A stretch of DNA of 64,000 nucleotides from an uncultured Gemmatimonadales bacterium (GTDB taxonomy: Bacteria; Gemmatimonadota; Gemmatimonadetes; Gemmatimonadales; GWC2-71-9): assembly GCA_963716055.1 (NCBI GenBank), contig CAVQSR010000001.1, forward strand, positions 1,946,855-2,010,854. The letters are read 5' to 3'. The translations under genes and the position numbers were made by a program. The notes beneath the pieces are model-generated. The model saw only the letters and a list, made by a program, of their open reading frames with translations. It was not told where the DNA came from and did not search any database. Positions 1-9,085 of the stretch are shown piece by piece (the stretch's first letter is position 1; the number at the start of each line of letters is the position of its first letter).

Positions 1-428
1 GCTGGCGATTCCGTGCGGCGCCCCCGCAGGCGCGCGCGCCAGGTCTCGGGGTCCGGCGGGAGCACGAAGATCCCGATCACCTCCGCCGCCGGGAGGCGAT
101 CCCGCACCTGCCGCGCTCCCTGCACCTCGATGTCCAGCAGCGCATGACGGCCGGCCCGCCGCAGCGCATCCACCTCGGCCCGCAGCGTGCCGTACAGCTC
201 ACCCGCGTACTCGGCCCACTCGAGGAACGCACCCGCGGCCGCCCGCCGGTGGAACTCCTCGCGCGACACGAAATGATACGCCTCGCCGTCCTGCTCGCCC
301 GATCGGGGCGGGCGCGTCGTTGCGGAGATCGAGACGCCGACATCCGCCCGGCGCGCCGCCAACGCGCGGGTGAGCGTCGTCTTCCCGCCGCCCGACGGCG
401 ACGACACGATCACCACCCGCGGCGTCAC
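1..428 (-). CDS. gmk: guanylate kinase (5' part; 3' end lies beyond the window start)
   Basis: Absent from the ORF track because it runs off the edge. My minus-strand translation from GTG at 428 gives VTPRVVIVSSPSGGGKTTLTRAL...SATTRPPRSGEQDGEAYHFVSREEF...FLEWAEYAGELYGT. This is a P-loop plus the guanylate-kinase signature. The GTG overlaps the yicC stop (GTGA). Confidence 0.88.
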   Translation of the reverse strand, partial: MTPRVVIVSSPSGGGKTTLTRALAARRADVGVSISATTRPPRSGEQDGEAYHFVSREEFHRRAAAGAFLEWAEYAGELYGTLRAEVDALRRAGRHALLDIEVQGARQVRDRLPAAEVIGIFVLPPDPETWRARLRGRRTESP

Positions 429-1288
429 TCGAGGTTCTCCAGCTGCTCGCGGAACTTCTCGAGCTCGCCCTTCATCGCGATGACCTCGTGAGCGATCGCG
501 GCGTCCTGCCCCTTCGAGCCCATCGTGTTGACCTCGCGGAGCATCTCCTGCGCGAGGAACCCGAGCCGCTTGCCGACCGCCTGCGGTTCGCCGAGCGCGT
601 GGCGGCACGCCGCCGCGTGCGCCCGGAACCGGACCAGCTCCTCCGTAATGTCGAGCCGGTCGGCGAGCAGCGCGACCTCGACGGCCAGGCGCTGGGCGTC
701 GAGCGTGACGCCGTCGGCGAGCTCGCGCACCGCGTCGCGCAGGCGGTCGCGTTCGGCGACGAGGCGCGCAGGCGCGCGGGCCTCGATCGCCGCAGCGTGG
801 CGCTCGAGCTGGTCGAGCCGCGCGGCCAGCTCCGTGGCCAGCGCCCGCCCCTCCCGCTCGCGCATCGCGATCACGTCCGCGGCGGCGGCCTCGACGAGCG
901 GCCGCGCCTCCTCCCAGGGGATCGGGGCCCCGTCTCCCGACCGCGTCGTGAGCACGTCGGGCAGCCGGGCCACGAGCGCGAGGTCCGGCTCGCCCTGCAG
1001 CCCGAGCGCGCCCTTCAGCGCCTCGAGGCTCGCGAGCGCCTGGCGCGCGCGGTCCAGATCCACCGTGACGCCCCCGTTGGCGGCGGAGGACTCCACCCAC
1101 CGGGCGGACACCGCCACGTGCCCCCGCTCGAGCAGCTGACGCAGCCGCTCGCGCAGATCGCCCTCGAGCGCCGCCAGGTCGCCAGGGAGCTTGAACGCCG
1201 GATTGAAATACCGATGGTTGACCGTGCGGATCTCCACGCGGAGACGCCCGCCGTGGACCGCCCCTTCGGCCATTCCGTATCCCGTCAT
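425..1288 (-). CDS. yicC: YicC family stress-induced protein (287 aa)
   Basis: The C-terminal 287 aa of the 652-aa track ORF read MTGYGMAEG...RTVNHRYF...EELVRFRAH...GKRLGFLAQEMLREVNTMGSKG, which is YicC-like. ATG at 1288. The upstream part of the track ORF is antisense to the next gene. Confidence 0.9.
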   Translation of the reverse strand: MTGYGMAEGAVHGGRLRVEIRTVNHRYFNPAFKLPGDLAALEGDLRERLRQLLERGHVAVSARWVESSAANGGVTVDLDRARQALASLEALKGALGLQGEPDLALVARLPDVLTTRSGDGAPIPWEEARPLVEAAAADVIAMREREGRALATELAARLDQLERHAAAIEARAPARLVAERDRLRDAVRELADGVTLDAQRLAVEVALLADRLDITEELVRFRAHAAACRHALGEPQAVGKRLGFLAQEMLREVNTMGSKGQDAAIAHEVIAMKGELEKFREQLENLE

Positions 1289-1326
1289 GCTGCGCGGCAC
1301 AGACTCACAACTTACCCGGGGCGCGG

Positions 1327-3054
1327 TCAGTTCCGGAAGCTCCAGTACGCGCCGTAGTACTGCTGGGACCGGGGATAGTCCCGCCCGGGGACGTACCCGC
1401 TCCGCATCAGGTTGGCGTTGCGCACCGCCCAGAACAGCGTCACGTCGAGGATGCGGACGCGCAGGTTGGTCTCGACGAACGTCCCGCCCGTGAGCCGCAG
1501 CGGGGCGCCCAGGCTGTCGCGGCCTCCCGGTCCCCCGCTCCACGACTCGCCCGCGACCTCGGCGTGGAGCGTGAACGCGCCACTGCGAAACCGGCGCCAG
1601 AACTTGGTGTGAAACGTGACGGCGTAGCGCGCCCGCCGGGGTAGCTCGAAGTCGCCGCCGCCCGAGACGGGGGCCGCGTACCAGCCCCCCACCCGGAGCC
1701 CCGGCAGGGGGCGCAGGCTGGCGTGGCCCGTGACGTACTCCGTTTCCGGCGTCGGGCCGAGACTCGCAGCGGGCGTGAGGTCGTCGGGAAACCCGACGGG
1801 CGTGAAGGCGCTGCGCCGCCCGGCCCCCGCCTCCAGCGTCACGAACGACCGGTCCCACCGCAGGGCCACGGCGACATCGCTGGTCTCTTGCGCCGAGTCG
1901 GCGAGCAACGCCGGGGCGTGCAGGTCGCGAGCGACGGCGGCGTCGCCGCGCAGCGAGAAGCCGAGCGGCAGCGTGAGGCCGGCGCTGGCGTGCGCCCGCT
2001 CCCCGGCACGGCTGCCGGTATACGTGGCGCGGCGCGCGGCGACGGCGAGCGTCAACGGTCCCGGCGCGGCCCAGGCGGCGGCGAGCTCGAGTCGAGACGG
2101 GATGCGCTCGGAGGCATATCCAAAGCGGCCCGACACGCTCGCCCGACGCCATACGTACGCCGCATCGAGCGTCAGCTGGTGCACGCGGCGCTCGGTGGAC
2201 GCGGCCGACGCGGCCGTATCGGCGGCGAGCGCGGCGTCCGCGTTGAGGCTGCTCGTGCCGAGCGCCACCTCGGCCCGGGCCCCCAAACCGTCCGACCGTT
2301 GCCGGGCGTACAGGCGCACGAGGCCGTCGGAGCGGCGGACGTCCCGCTCCGCCACGCCCAGCGGGCCGGCATCGCGCTTCCACCCGGCGGAGAGGAGCTG
2401 CACCTCGGCCCCGAGGTGCGGCGTGGGCGCGTACTCGAATCGGACCCAGAGATCCGAGCTGCGGAACCGCGTGTACGGCGACGACGCGGCCCCATCGGTC
2501 GCGCCGAAGTCCGCGCGCAGCCCGATCCCGAACCCCGAGGGCCAGCGGCGCGTGAACGTCCCCCGGTAGACGGCGTACTTGGCGGTGCCGGTCGCGATCT
2601 CGATGGACGTCACGGGCTCGGTAGCCTGCGGCGCGCGGGAAACGAGATAGACCCGTGCGGCGCCCGGGAGGAGCAGGACCTCGACGCGTTCGAGGGGACC
2701 GAGGGGGATCCGCGCCGGGTCGAGGAACACCGAGTCACGTCCCAGGGGGAGGTGCGGCATGCCGTCCCAGTAGACCTCGAGACCCGCCGCGCCGCGGCCC
2801 GCCAGGAATACCGGCTCGGGCTGGCCGAACGCGCTGCCGCGACCGAGGTGCACGCCCGGAACGTGGGCCAGGAGATCGCCCAGGGTCTGCAGACCGTTGA
2901 ATCGCAGGGAATCGGCGTCAAACACCAGGCGCTGCCCGGCGGGTAGCGGACCGGCAGGGACGTTCACGGGCGAGCGCGGCAGGGCGGCGCGGATGGAGTC
3001 GGGGACCGGCGCCGCGGGCGCGGTGCCGGCGGGTGGCGCCGTCGTGTCGGTCAC
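1327..3054 (-). CDS. outer-membrane protein with a TonB-dependent-receptor plug-like domain; the true start is probably upstream (about 3168)
   Basis: 575-aa ORF. The plug-like stretch reads LQTLGDLLAHVPGVHLGRG...LEVYWDGMP...LERVEVLL, followed by a beta-rich region ending YWSFRN. In the same frame, upstream of the first canonical start, lies the signal-peptide-like [22 protein letters not shown]. Confidence 0.7.
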   Translation of the reverse strand: MTDTTAPPAGTAPAAPVPDSIRAALPRSPVNVPAGPLPAGQRLVFDADSLRFNGLQTLGDLLAHVPGVHLGRGSAFGQPEPVFLAGRGAAGLEVYWDGMPHLPLGRDSVFLDPARIPLGPLERVEVLLLPGAARVYLVSRAPQATEPVTSIEIATGTAKYAVYRGTFTRRWPSGFGIGLRADFGATDGAASSPYTRFRSSDLWVRFEYAPTPHLGAEVQLLSAGWKRDAGPLGVAERDVRRSDGLVRLYARQRSDGLGARAEVALGTSSLNADAALAADTAASAASTERRVHQLTLDAAYVWRRASVSGRFGYASERIPSRLELAAAWAAPGPLTLAVAARRATYTGSRAGERAHASAGLTLPLGFSLRGDAAVARDLHAPALLADSAQETSDVAVALRWDRSFVTLEAGAGRRSAFTPVGFPDDLTPAASLGPTPETEYVTGHASLRPLPGLRVGGWYAAPVSGGGDFELPRRARYAVTFHTKFWRRFRSGAFTLHAEVAGESWSGGPGGRDSLGAPLRLTGGTFVETNLRVRILDVTLFWAVRNANLMRSGYVPGRDYPRSQQYYGAYWSFRN

Positions 3055-3164
3055 GACCGGCGGGCGCGGCGCCGGTCCTGGCGCGGGGCGCAGCGTGTCC
3101 TTCTGTCCCGCGAGCGGGGCGGCGCCGACGACGGCGCAGGCCGCGAGCAGGATCGCGCGGGCGG

Positions 3165-4658
3165 TCAGGCCTGTGCCCGCGCCAGCAGGAATTCCGCGAA
3201 CAGCCGAACACCGATGGCCGTCGGTCCCTTGGCCTGATGCGGGCCCTCGACATCGGTGTACGCGGTGCCCGCGATATCGAGGTGCGCCCAGGGCGCACCC
3301 TCGACGAATTCCCGCAGGAACCAGCCGGCGGCGATGGCTCCAGCGCTGCGGCCCCCGGAGTTTTTCACGTCGGCGATCTCCGACTTGAGCAGCTCACGGT
3401 ATTCCTCCCACAACGGCAGGGGCCAGCAGCGCTCCCCGGCGCGCTCCCCGGCGGCGCGCACCTCCGCCAGGAGGTCGTCGTCGCTGCCCATCACGCCGAT
3501 CGCGTGGTGCCCCAGTGCCACGACCACGGCGCCCGTGAGCGTTGCGGCGTCGAGGATCGCCGCCGGCTTGAAGCGCCGGACGAACGATAGCGCGTCGGCC
3601 AGGATCAGCCGTCCTTCCGCATCCGTATTGATGATTTCGATGGTCTTGCCGAACTGGCTGGTCACCACGTCGCCGGGCTTGAGCGCCGTGCCGGACGGCA
3701 AGTTCTCCGTCGCGGGGACGACGCCGACGACGTTGATCGCGGGACGCAGCCGGCCCAGCACCTCGAACGCGCCCAGCACCGCCGCCGCGCCCGACATGTC
3801 GTACTTCATTTCCTCCATACTCGCCGCGGGCTTGATCGAAATGCCGCCCGAGTCGAAGGTGACGCCTTTCCCGACGAGCGCCACCGGCGGCGCGTCCGCC
3901 CCGCCCCGATACTCGAGCACGATGAACCGGGGCTCCTCGACCGACCCCTGCGCGACGGCCAGCAGCGCCCCCATCTCCTGGGCGCGCATCGCCGGCCGGT
4001 CGAGCACGGTGAGCTTGAGCCCATGGCGCTCGGCGAGCTCGCGCGCGCGCTCGGCGAGGTAGCTCGGCGTGCAGACGTTGCCCGGCTGCACCTGGAGGTA
4101 GCGCGCGAGGCGATGCCCCGCCGCCACCGCTTCTCCCACCACCCGGCCGGCGTCGGCTGCGGCGCGCTCCGCGGCCTCGACCACGAGGGTGACGGTTTCG
4201 ACCGACACGGTGCGCCGGTCGTCGGAAGGCTTCTTCAACTCGAGAAACGCCCAGCCGCCGTGCGCGGCACCCTCCACCGCCACCTGTCCGAGGTCGTGGG
4301 CCGGCACGCCGCCGCGCGCTTCGGCCTCCACGGCGAACGCGAAGGACGCCTCGCCCATGCCGCGGGCTCGCTTCGCGGCCACGGCGGCGGCGCGCCGCAG
4401 CGCGCTGCGCGTGACGTCCGCTGGCTTGCCCACGCCGACGAGCAGGACGCGGCCCGGCTTCGCGGTTGTGTACGCGAGAGTGGTCTCATCGCGCCGTCCC
4501 CGGAAATCACCCGCAGTGTACGCGCGCGCGAGCGCGCCGCCCGCGGCGTGGTCGAGCGCGCTCAGGGCCGCCGGCAGCGACGCGCCGTCGGCCACCGCCA
4601 CCGCGAGGAGCGGCGTCTCCACCTCCGCCAGCGCGGCCGTGATCACCGCGCCCGTCAC
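3165..4658 (-). CDS. pepA: leucyl aminopeptidase, M17 family (497 aa)
   Basis: Motifs [30 protein letters not shown] and [12 protein letters not shown]. The chosen start is GTG at 4658, which overlaps the icd stop (GTGA). The longer track ORF runs antisense into icd. Confidence 0.9.
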   Translation of the reverse strand: MTGAVITAALAEVETPLLAVAVADGASLPAALSALDHAAGGALARAYTAGDFRGRRDETTLAYTTAKPGRVLLVGVGKPADVTRSALRRAAAVAAKRARGMGEASFAFAVEAEARGGVPAHDLGQVAVEGAAHGGWAFLELKKPSDDRRTVSVETVTLVVEAAERAAADAGRVVGEAVAAGHRLARYLQVQPGNVCTPSYLAERARELAERHGLKLTVLDRPAMRAQEMGALLAVAQGSVEEPRFIVLEYRGGADAPPVALVGKGVTFDSGGISIKPAASMEEMKYDMSGAAAVLGAFEVLGRLRPAINVVGVVPATENLPSGTALKPGDVVTSQFGKTIEIINTDAEGRLILADALSFVRRFKPAAILDAATLTGAVVVALGHHAIGVMGSDDDLLAEVRAAGERAGERCWPLPLWEEYRELLKSEIADVKNSGGRSAGAIAAGWFLREFVEGAPWAHLDIAGTAYTDVEGPHQAKGPTAIGVRLFAEFLLARAQA

Positions 4659-5860
4659 GGGAGGTGCTCGATGATGTTGTCGGCGAATGCGGACGTCGGG
4701 ACCTCGGTGGCTCCTTCGGTCTGACGGGCCAGGTCGTAGGTGACGCGCTTGGTCGCGATCGCGCCCTCGAGCCCCTGCACGATCGCGGTCGCCACGTCGG
4801 GCCACCCGAGCTCGTCGAACATGAGGGCGCCCGACAAGATGACGCTGCCGGGGTTGATCTTGTCCTGATTGGCGTATTTCGGTGCCGTGCCGTGCGTCGC
4901 CTCGAACACGGCGTAACCGTCGCCGATGTTGCCACCGGGGGCGAGCCCCAGCCCGCCGACCTGCGCGGCACAGGCGTCGGACAGGTAGTCGCCGTTCAGA
5001 TTGGGGGTCGCGATCACGGAGTATTCGTCCGGGCGCAGCAGCACCTGCTGAAACATCGCGTCGGCGATGCGATCCTTGATCACCACCCGTCCCCCCGCGG
5101 TCCCCCCTCCCGACTCGGGAATCGTCCGGTCACCGAATCGTTCCTGGGCGATCTCGTATCCCCAATCGCGGAACGCACCCTCGGTGAACTTCATGATGTT
5201 GCCCTTGTGCACCAGCGTCACCGACGGCCGTCCGGTGCGGATGGCGTACGCGATCGCCTTGGCGACCAGCCTCTGGGAGCCGAACTTCGACATCGGCTTG
5301 ATCCCGATCGCGCTGCCGGCGCGCAGCGGTGCCTGGAATCGCTCGGCGAGGAAGTCGATGAGGGCGCGCGCTTCGGCGCTCTCGGCCTTGTACTCGATCC
5401 CCGCATAGACGTCCTCGATGTTCTCGCGGAAGATCACGACGTTCAGTTTCTCCGGGGCCTTGACCGGCGCCGGCACCCCGGCGAACCACCGCACCGGACG
5501 GATGCAGGCGTAGAGATCGAGCAGCTGGCGTAGGGCGACGTTCAGGGAGCGGATCCCGCCCCCCACGGGCGTGGTGAGCGGGCCCTTGATCGCGACCCGG
5601 TGCTCTCGAATCAGGGCGAGCGTCTCGTCGGGCAGCCAGCTGCCCGTCGCGGTGAACGCCTTCTCCCCCGCCAGCACCTCGCGCCACACCACCCGCCGGC
5701 GGCCGCTCGACGTCTTGGCTACGGCGGCCTCGAACACGCGTCGGGCGGCGCGCCAGATGTCCGGACCCGTACCGTCGCCTTCGATGAAGGGGATGATCGG
5801 ATCGTCCGGCACGATCCACTTGCCGTCGCGGTAGTCGATCTTCGTTCCCGTCGCGGTCAT
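4655..5860 (-). CDS. icd: NADP-dependent isocitrate dehydrogenase
   Basis: 401 aa with [32 protein letters not shown] and [20 protein letters not shown] Shine-Dalgarno lies 7 nt upstream of the ATG. Confidence 0.95.
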   Translation of the reverse strand: MTATGTKIDYRDGKWIVPDDPIIPFIEGDGTGPDIWRAARRVFEAAVAKTSSGRRRVVWREVLAGEKAFTATGSWLPDETLALIREHRVAIKGPLTTPVGGGIRSLNVALRQLLDLYACIRPVRWFAGVPAPVKAPEKLNVVIFRENIEDVYAGIEYKAESAEARALIDFLAERFQAPLRAGSAIGIKPMSKFGSQRLVAKAIAYAIRTGRPSVTLVHKGNIMKFTEGAFRDWGYEIAQERFGDRTIPESGGGTAGGRVVIKDRIADAMFQQVLLRPDEYSVIATPNLNGDYLSDACAAQVGGLGLAPGGNIGDGYAVFEATHGTAPKYANQDKINPGSVILSGALMFDELGWPDVATAIVQGLEGAIATKRVTYDLARQTEGATEVPTSAFADNIIEHLP

Positions 5861-5907
5861 CGGGCGTCCTCGAAGGCGCGTCGGTCGGGCAGTCTAGCGG
5901 TCCGGGA

Positions 5908-5941
5908 ACAGGAAAACAACGACCGCCTCCGGGCGGGAGGC
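5908..5941 (-). terminator. candidate intrinsic terminator after the zinc-ribbon ORF
   Basis: The minus strand reads GCCTCC-CGCCC-GGAGGC (6-bp stem, 5925-5941), followed by GGTCGTTGTTTTCCTGTT. Confidence 0.45.
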
Positions 5942-5975
5942 AGCGGGTGGCTGGCGGCGGGGTGACGGGCGCGCT

Positions 5976-6338
5976 TCAGGCCGAGCGTTCGGTCGCGTCG
6001 GTCCAGGCGATGGTGAAGAACCCGTTGCAGCGAATGCAGCGCTGGGCCCGAGGCCGGCTGACGGGCAACGGCGCGCGTGCGCGGCACGCGGGGCATACGG
6101 TGTACGCGTCGCCCCAGCTCGGTGGCAGGCGGGTCGAGTGGAGCGGTCGCGAGACGATGGACCAGCTGCGCGGCGGCTGCAGGGAGAAGCGGAGGTATTG
6201 CCGCGGCACCGCGACCGGGCGCCGGTTCACCTCCAGCACGGCCTCGCGCGACCCGAGCTGCAGGACCCGGTACCAGGCGCCGCGGCGGATCTGTACGTTG
6301 ACGTCCCGATTCAAGCTGGCCCAGCGCGACGGCGCCAT
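5976..6338 (-). CDS. hypothetical protein with a C-terminal CxxC...CxxC zinc ribbon (120 aa)
   Basis: ATG at 6338 is preceded by GGGAGG. The protein reads MAPSRWASLNRDVNVQIRRGAWYRV...CPACRARAP...CIRCNGFF. It is the 3' portion of a 277-aa track ORF. Confidence 0.55.
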   Translation of the reverse strand: MAPSRWASLNRDVNVQIRRGAWYRVLQLGSREAVLEVNRRPVAVPRQYLRFSLQPPRSWSIVSRPLHSTRLPPSWGDAYTVCPACRARAPLPVSRPRAQRCIRCNGFFTIAWTDATERSA

Positions 6339-6415
6339 GTCCTCCCGCCTCTGTGCGGCGATCCCCGATGGGACAACGCACAAAGGGTGCCACGGCCGTC
6401 CCCGTGGGCCGGGGG

Positions 6416-7039
6416 TCAGCGCGCCGAGGCCGTCCGCAGGTACTCGAGGATCGCGGCGGGCTGGCCCCCTGTGGGCCGCGTCACACGCATGCGGTCCATG
6501 TTCTGCTCCATGCGGGAATACACCACGGGCCAGTCCTCGGGGGAGTGCACCTTGGGATCCGGCACCGCGTGGCAGCGGCCGCACGTCTCCACGAACGCCG
6601 GGCGTCCCGCCCCGGCCGGCAGGGCCTCGGGATCGCTGGTCCGGAGCGCGTGGGTCGTCAGGTATTGGAGCAGGACATAGCGCTCGCTCATCGTCGGCAC
6701 TTTGACGTTGAGCGCGCCGGGGAGCCATTCGCTGCGCAGCCACATGCGCCGGGCCACGCTGGGCCAGTCGGTGGCGCCGTGCGTTCCCGGCGACGGCAGC
6801 GCGTGGCACTGGGCGCAGTAGGTCACCAGAATCTGGGCGCCGGGCGAGGCGGAATCGGGGAGGTCACCGGGGAGCAGGCCCCCCGGGGGCAACGCTACCT
6901 TGGCCGCCGCGAGGAGGAGCGAGTCCTGCCGCGGGTGCACGTCATCGACCATCACGACGGCGTCGGCGTCAGGACCGCGTCCGCAGCCGAGCGCGCCGGC
7001 CGCGGCGATCGAGACGAGTGAGAGCCAACCCAGACGCAT
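6416..7039 (-). CDS. dihaem c-type cytochrome, probable lipoprotein
   Basis: 207 aa. The N-terminus MRLGWLSLVSIAAAGALGC looks like a lipoprotein signal. Two haem-binding motifs are present (CAQCH and CGRCH). An AAGGAGG Shine-Dalgarno precedes the start. Confidence 0.8.
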   Translation of the reverse strand: MRLGWLSLVSIAAAGALGCGRGPDADAVVMVDDVHPRQDSLLLAAAKVALPPGGLLPGDLPDSASPGAQILVTYCAQCHALPSPGTHGATDWPSVARRMWLRSEWLPGALNVKVPTMSERYVLLQYLTTHALRTSDPEALPAGAGRPAFVETCGRCHAVPDPKVHSPEDWPVVYSRMEQNMDRMRVTRPTGGQPAAILEYLRTASAR

Positions 7040-7234
7040 ACCCCCTCCTTGGCGGCAGCCCGCTGCGTTATGGAAGCGACCCTGGGGTGGGCGCCCGCAG
7101 CGCTCGCCCGCACGGGAAGGTAACCCGCTGCGGCAGGTTGGGGCTCACCCGATGACGCAACTGTGAGAGGTGCACGAAGACGCCTTCACGGTACCTCCCG
7201 CCGGAGAGCTGCCCGCGAGCCGGTGCGGTGGTGA

Positions 7235-7317
7235 TGCCCGAGGAGAGAGTCGAACTCTCACGCCGTTGCCGGCACGGGATTTTGAGTCCCGCGTGTCTGC
7301 CATTCCACCACTCGGGC
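7235..7317 (-). tRNA. tRNA-Leu (anticodon CAA)
   Basis: Folded by hand. Acceptor stem GCCCGAG/CTCGGGC. 3-bp D stem. Anticodon stem CGGGA/TCCCG with loop CTCAAAA. Long variable arm GCCG-GCAA-CGGC. T arm GAGAG-TTCGACT-CTCTC. Discriminator A. CCA is not encoded. Confidence 0.9.
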
Positions 7318-7412
7318 GAGTGCGGGTTGCCTCAACCTAGCCGGTGGAACGCGGTGGTGACAGACACGTCGGCGGCGCGGCCCGGCGCGGCCCGCTGCGG
7401 GCCGCCTTGCGG

Positions 7413-7961
7413 TCAGCGCGGGCGCGGCGTGCGCGGCCGCTGTGCCGGCGCGCCCGCCCCCGGCCGTTGCCCGGCGCCCGGACGCACGCCCGCGCGATTG
7501 CGCCGCAGGTCTTCGACGCGCTGGAGTAGCCGCTCGCGCAGCATCCGGTACTGCGCCACCTGCACGGGTGACAGGTACTCGGCCATGTCCCGTTCCTGGG
7601 TTTGCTCCAGCTCGAACAGGCGGCTACGGTTCTCCCGCAGGGCCTCGTTCAACCGGCCCACGCTGTCGGGATCGGCCGCGACGCCGGGTCGCATCTGCTG
7701 TTGCAGTGCCATCCGCAGCTCGCGCTGGCGCAGCATCACCGTGCGGCGCTCGCCTGCGAACTTCCGGTTCGTCGCGTGCAGGCGCCCCATCTGCTCGTCG
7801 TTCAGCCCCAGCTCCGTCCGCACGTGCTCGGCGAAGCGCCGCTCGATCGCTTCGCGCAGCTGCTCGGCGCGCGCCGGATCCGGCGGTGGGGGCACGTCCT
7901 GCGCGACCGCCGCCGTCCCCACCAGCAGCGCGCAGGCCAGACCCACGAAACGCGTGTTCAT
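7413..7961 (-). CDS. periplasmic Spy/CpxP-like (LTXXQ-type) protein
   Basis: 182 aa. Signal peptide MNTRFVGLACALLVGTAAVAQ. A helical Q/R/E-rich body with LNDEQMGRL and LSPVQVAQY repeats. It is the last gene of the ECF sigma operon. Confidence 0.65.
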   Translation of the reverse strand: MNTRFVGLACALLVGTAAVAQDVPPPPDPARAEQLREAIERRFAEHVRTELGLNDEQMGRLHATNRKFAGERRTVMLRQRELRMALQQQMRPGVAADPDSVGRLNEALRENRSRLFELEQTQERDMAEYLSPVQVAQYRMLRERLLQRVEDLRRNRAGVRPGAGQRPGAGAPAQRPRTPRPR

Positions 7962-7964
7962 CGC

Positions 7965-8399
7965 TCACCCCTCCAGTGACTGCAGCACCGTCTCGAGCTG
8001 CTCGGCATCGAGATCGTCCAGACTGCCCGGCGCGAGCCCGACCGAGTCGCCCAGCGTCTCATCCAGCGTGCGCAACAGGTCGCTCAGCTCCTCGGTTCCG
8101 AGCCCGACCAGGTCCGCCGTCACGAACCGGGTCGGCTCGGGCGGTCCGCCGAGCTGACGAGCTACGACACCCGCCCCCGCGAGCAACACCAGCGCCGCGG
8201 CCAGCCGCAGCCACACGGGAATGCGGCGCCCCGGACGCGCCAACGGGAGGACCTCGGGTTGACGGAGCCGCTCGACCACGGCCTGCGCCACCGCCTCCGC
8301 GTCCACCCGCGCCGCGGCGCGCGCCCCCAAGCGGGCGGCGAGCCGACGCAGCTCCTCGTCTCCCAGGTCGGCGTCGTCGTTCATCGGATCCCGTTTCAT
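7965..8399 (-). CDS. putative anti-sigma factor (single TM helix)
   Basis: MKRDPMNDDADLGDEELRRLA..., then the TM segment WLRLAAALVLLAGAGVV. ATG at 8399 overlaps the sigma-factor stop (ATGA). The call rests on position and topology only. Confidence 0.55.
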   Translation of the reverse strand: MKRDPMNDDADLGDEELRRLAARLGARAAARVDAEAVAQAVVERLRQPEVLPLARPGRRIPVWLRLAAALVLLAGAGVVARQLGGPPEPTRFVTADLVGLGTEELSDLLRTLDETLGDSVGLAPGSLDDLDAEQLETVLQSLEG

Positions 8400-8971
8400 G
8401 CGAGCCACTCCTTCAGTCGCTTCACCGCATGGTGATAATGCACGCGCGCCGCCCCGGCCGTCGTGTCGAGTGCGGCCGCGATGTCGTCGTAGGCGAGCCC
8501 CTGCTGGGCGCGGAGCAGGAACACTTCCCGCTGCAGGTGCGGCAGGCGTCCCAGCCCCTGCTCGAGCCGCCGTTCGGCCTCGCCCGCCACGGCCACCTCG
8601 TGCGGGTCGCCGTCGTGCGATGCCACCTGCTCATCGAGGGGCACGACCTGCCGCCGCCGCGCCGCCCGTCGTCCCAGGTCCCTGAGCGCATTCCCGCCGA
8701 TCGTCATGAGCCACGTGCGGAACTGGCACTGCCCGCGGAATCGGCCCAGCCCCTGGAACGCCCGGATGAACGTGTCCTGCACCACGTCGTCGAGGTCGGC
8801 CGGAGGCGCGCCCGCGCCCGCCAGGAACCGCGCCAGCGCTTGCGTGTGCCGCCGGACCAGCTCGGCGGCCGCACGCTCGTCGCCCTGCTGCCAGGCGGCG
8901 ATCAGCGCCGCGTCGGGCGCGGCGGCGGGCAACGGAGTGGCCATGGGCGCTTCACGGGGTTGGACGTTCAT
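8396..8971 (-). CDS. ECF-type RNA polymerase sigma-70 factor
   Basis: Region 2 reads DLDDVVQDTFIRAF...FRTWLMTIGGNALRD. Region 4 reads REVFLLRAQQGLAYDDIAAALDTTAGAARVHYHHAVKRLKE. An alternative start is ATG at 8944. Confidence 0.9.
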   Translation of the reverse strand: MNVQPREAPMATPLPAAAPDAALIAAWQQGDERAAAELVRRHTQALARFLAGAGAPPADLDDVVQDTFIRAFQGLGRFRGQCQFRTWLMTIGGNALRDLGRRAARRRQVVPLDEQVASHDGDPHEVAVAGEAERRLEQGLGRLPHLQREVFLLRAQQGLAYDDIAAALDTTAGAARVHYHHAVKRLKEWLA

Positions 8972-9014
8972 CGCAAGGGGAAGTTAAGGGCCGAGGCCAA
9001 TGACGACCGCCTAC

Positions 9015-9043
9015 TTGAGGGGCCCTCCGTGCCGCGCTAGGTT
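9015..9043 (+). promoter_or_regulatory. candidate sigma-70-like promoter for the TetR/paa operon
   Basis: TTGAGG (9015-9020), a 17-nt spacer, then TAGGTT (9038-9043). Pattern match only. Confidence 0.25.
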
Positions 9044-9052
9044 GCCTGCTTC

Positions 9053-9066
9053 CGAACGAGCGTTCG
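9053..9066. promoter_or_regulatory. inverted repeat CGAACG-AG-CGTTCG, candidate TetR operator
   Basis: 6-bp arms with a 2-bp centre, just downstream of the candidate -10 and upstream of the TetR coding region. An overlapping TTCG-AC-CGAA mini-palindrome is also present. Confidence 0.3.
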
Positions 9067-9085
9067 ACCGAATGCCGCTTCCCCC

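Noticed and set aside
425-2383. 652-aa track ORF suggesting a much larger YicC-like protein.
   Set aside because: Only the last 287 aa (from ATG 1288) are YicC-like. The upstream 365 aa are Arg-rich antisense sequence of the outer-membrane protein gene.
7235-7412. tRNA-Leu as a possible integration site for a genomic island.
   Set aside because: There is no integrase, no direct repeat of the tRNA 3' end and no compositional break nearby. The flanking genes (cytochrome c, ECF sigma operon) look like ordinary chromosomal genes.
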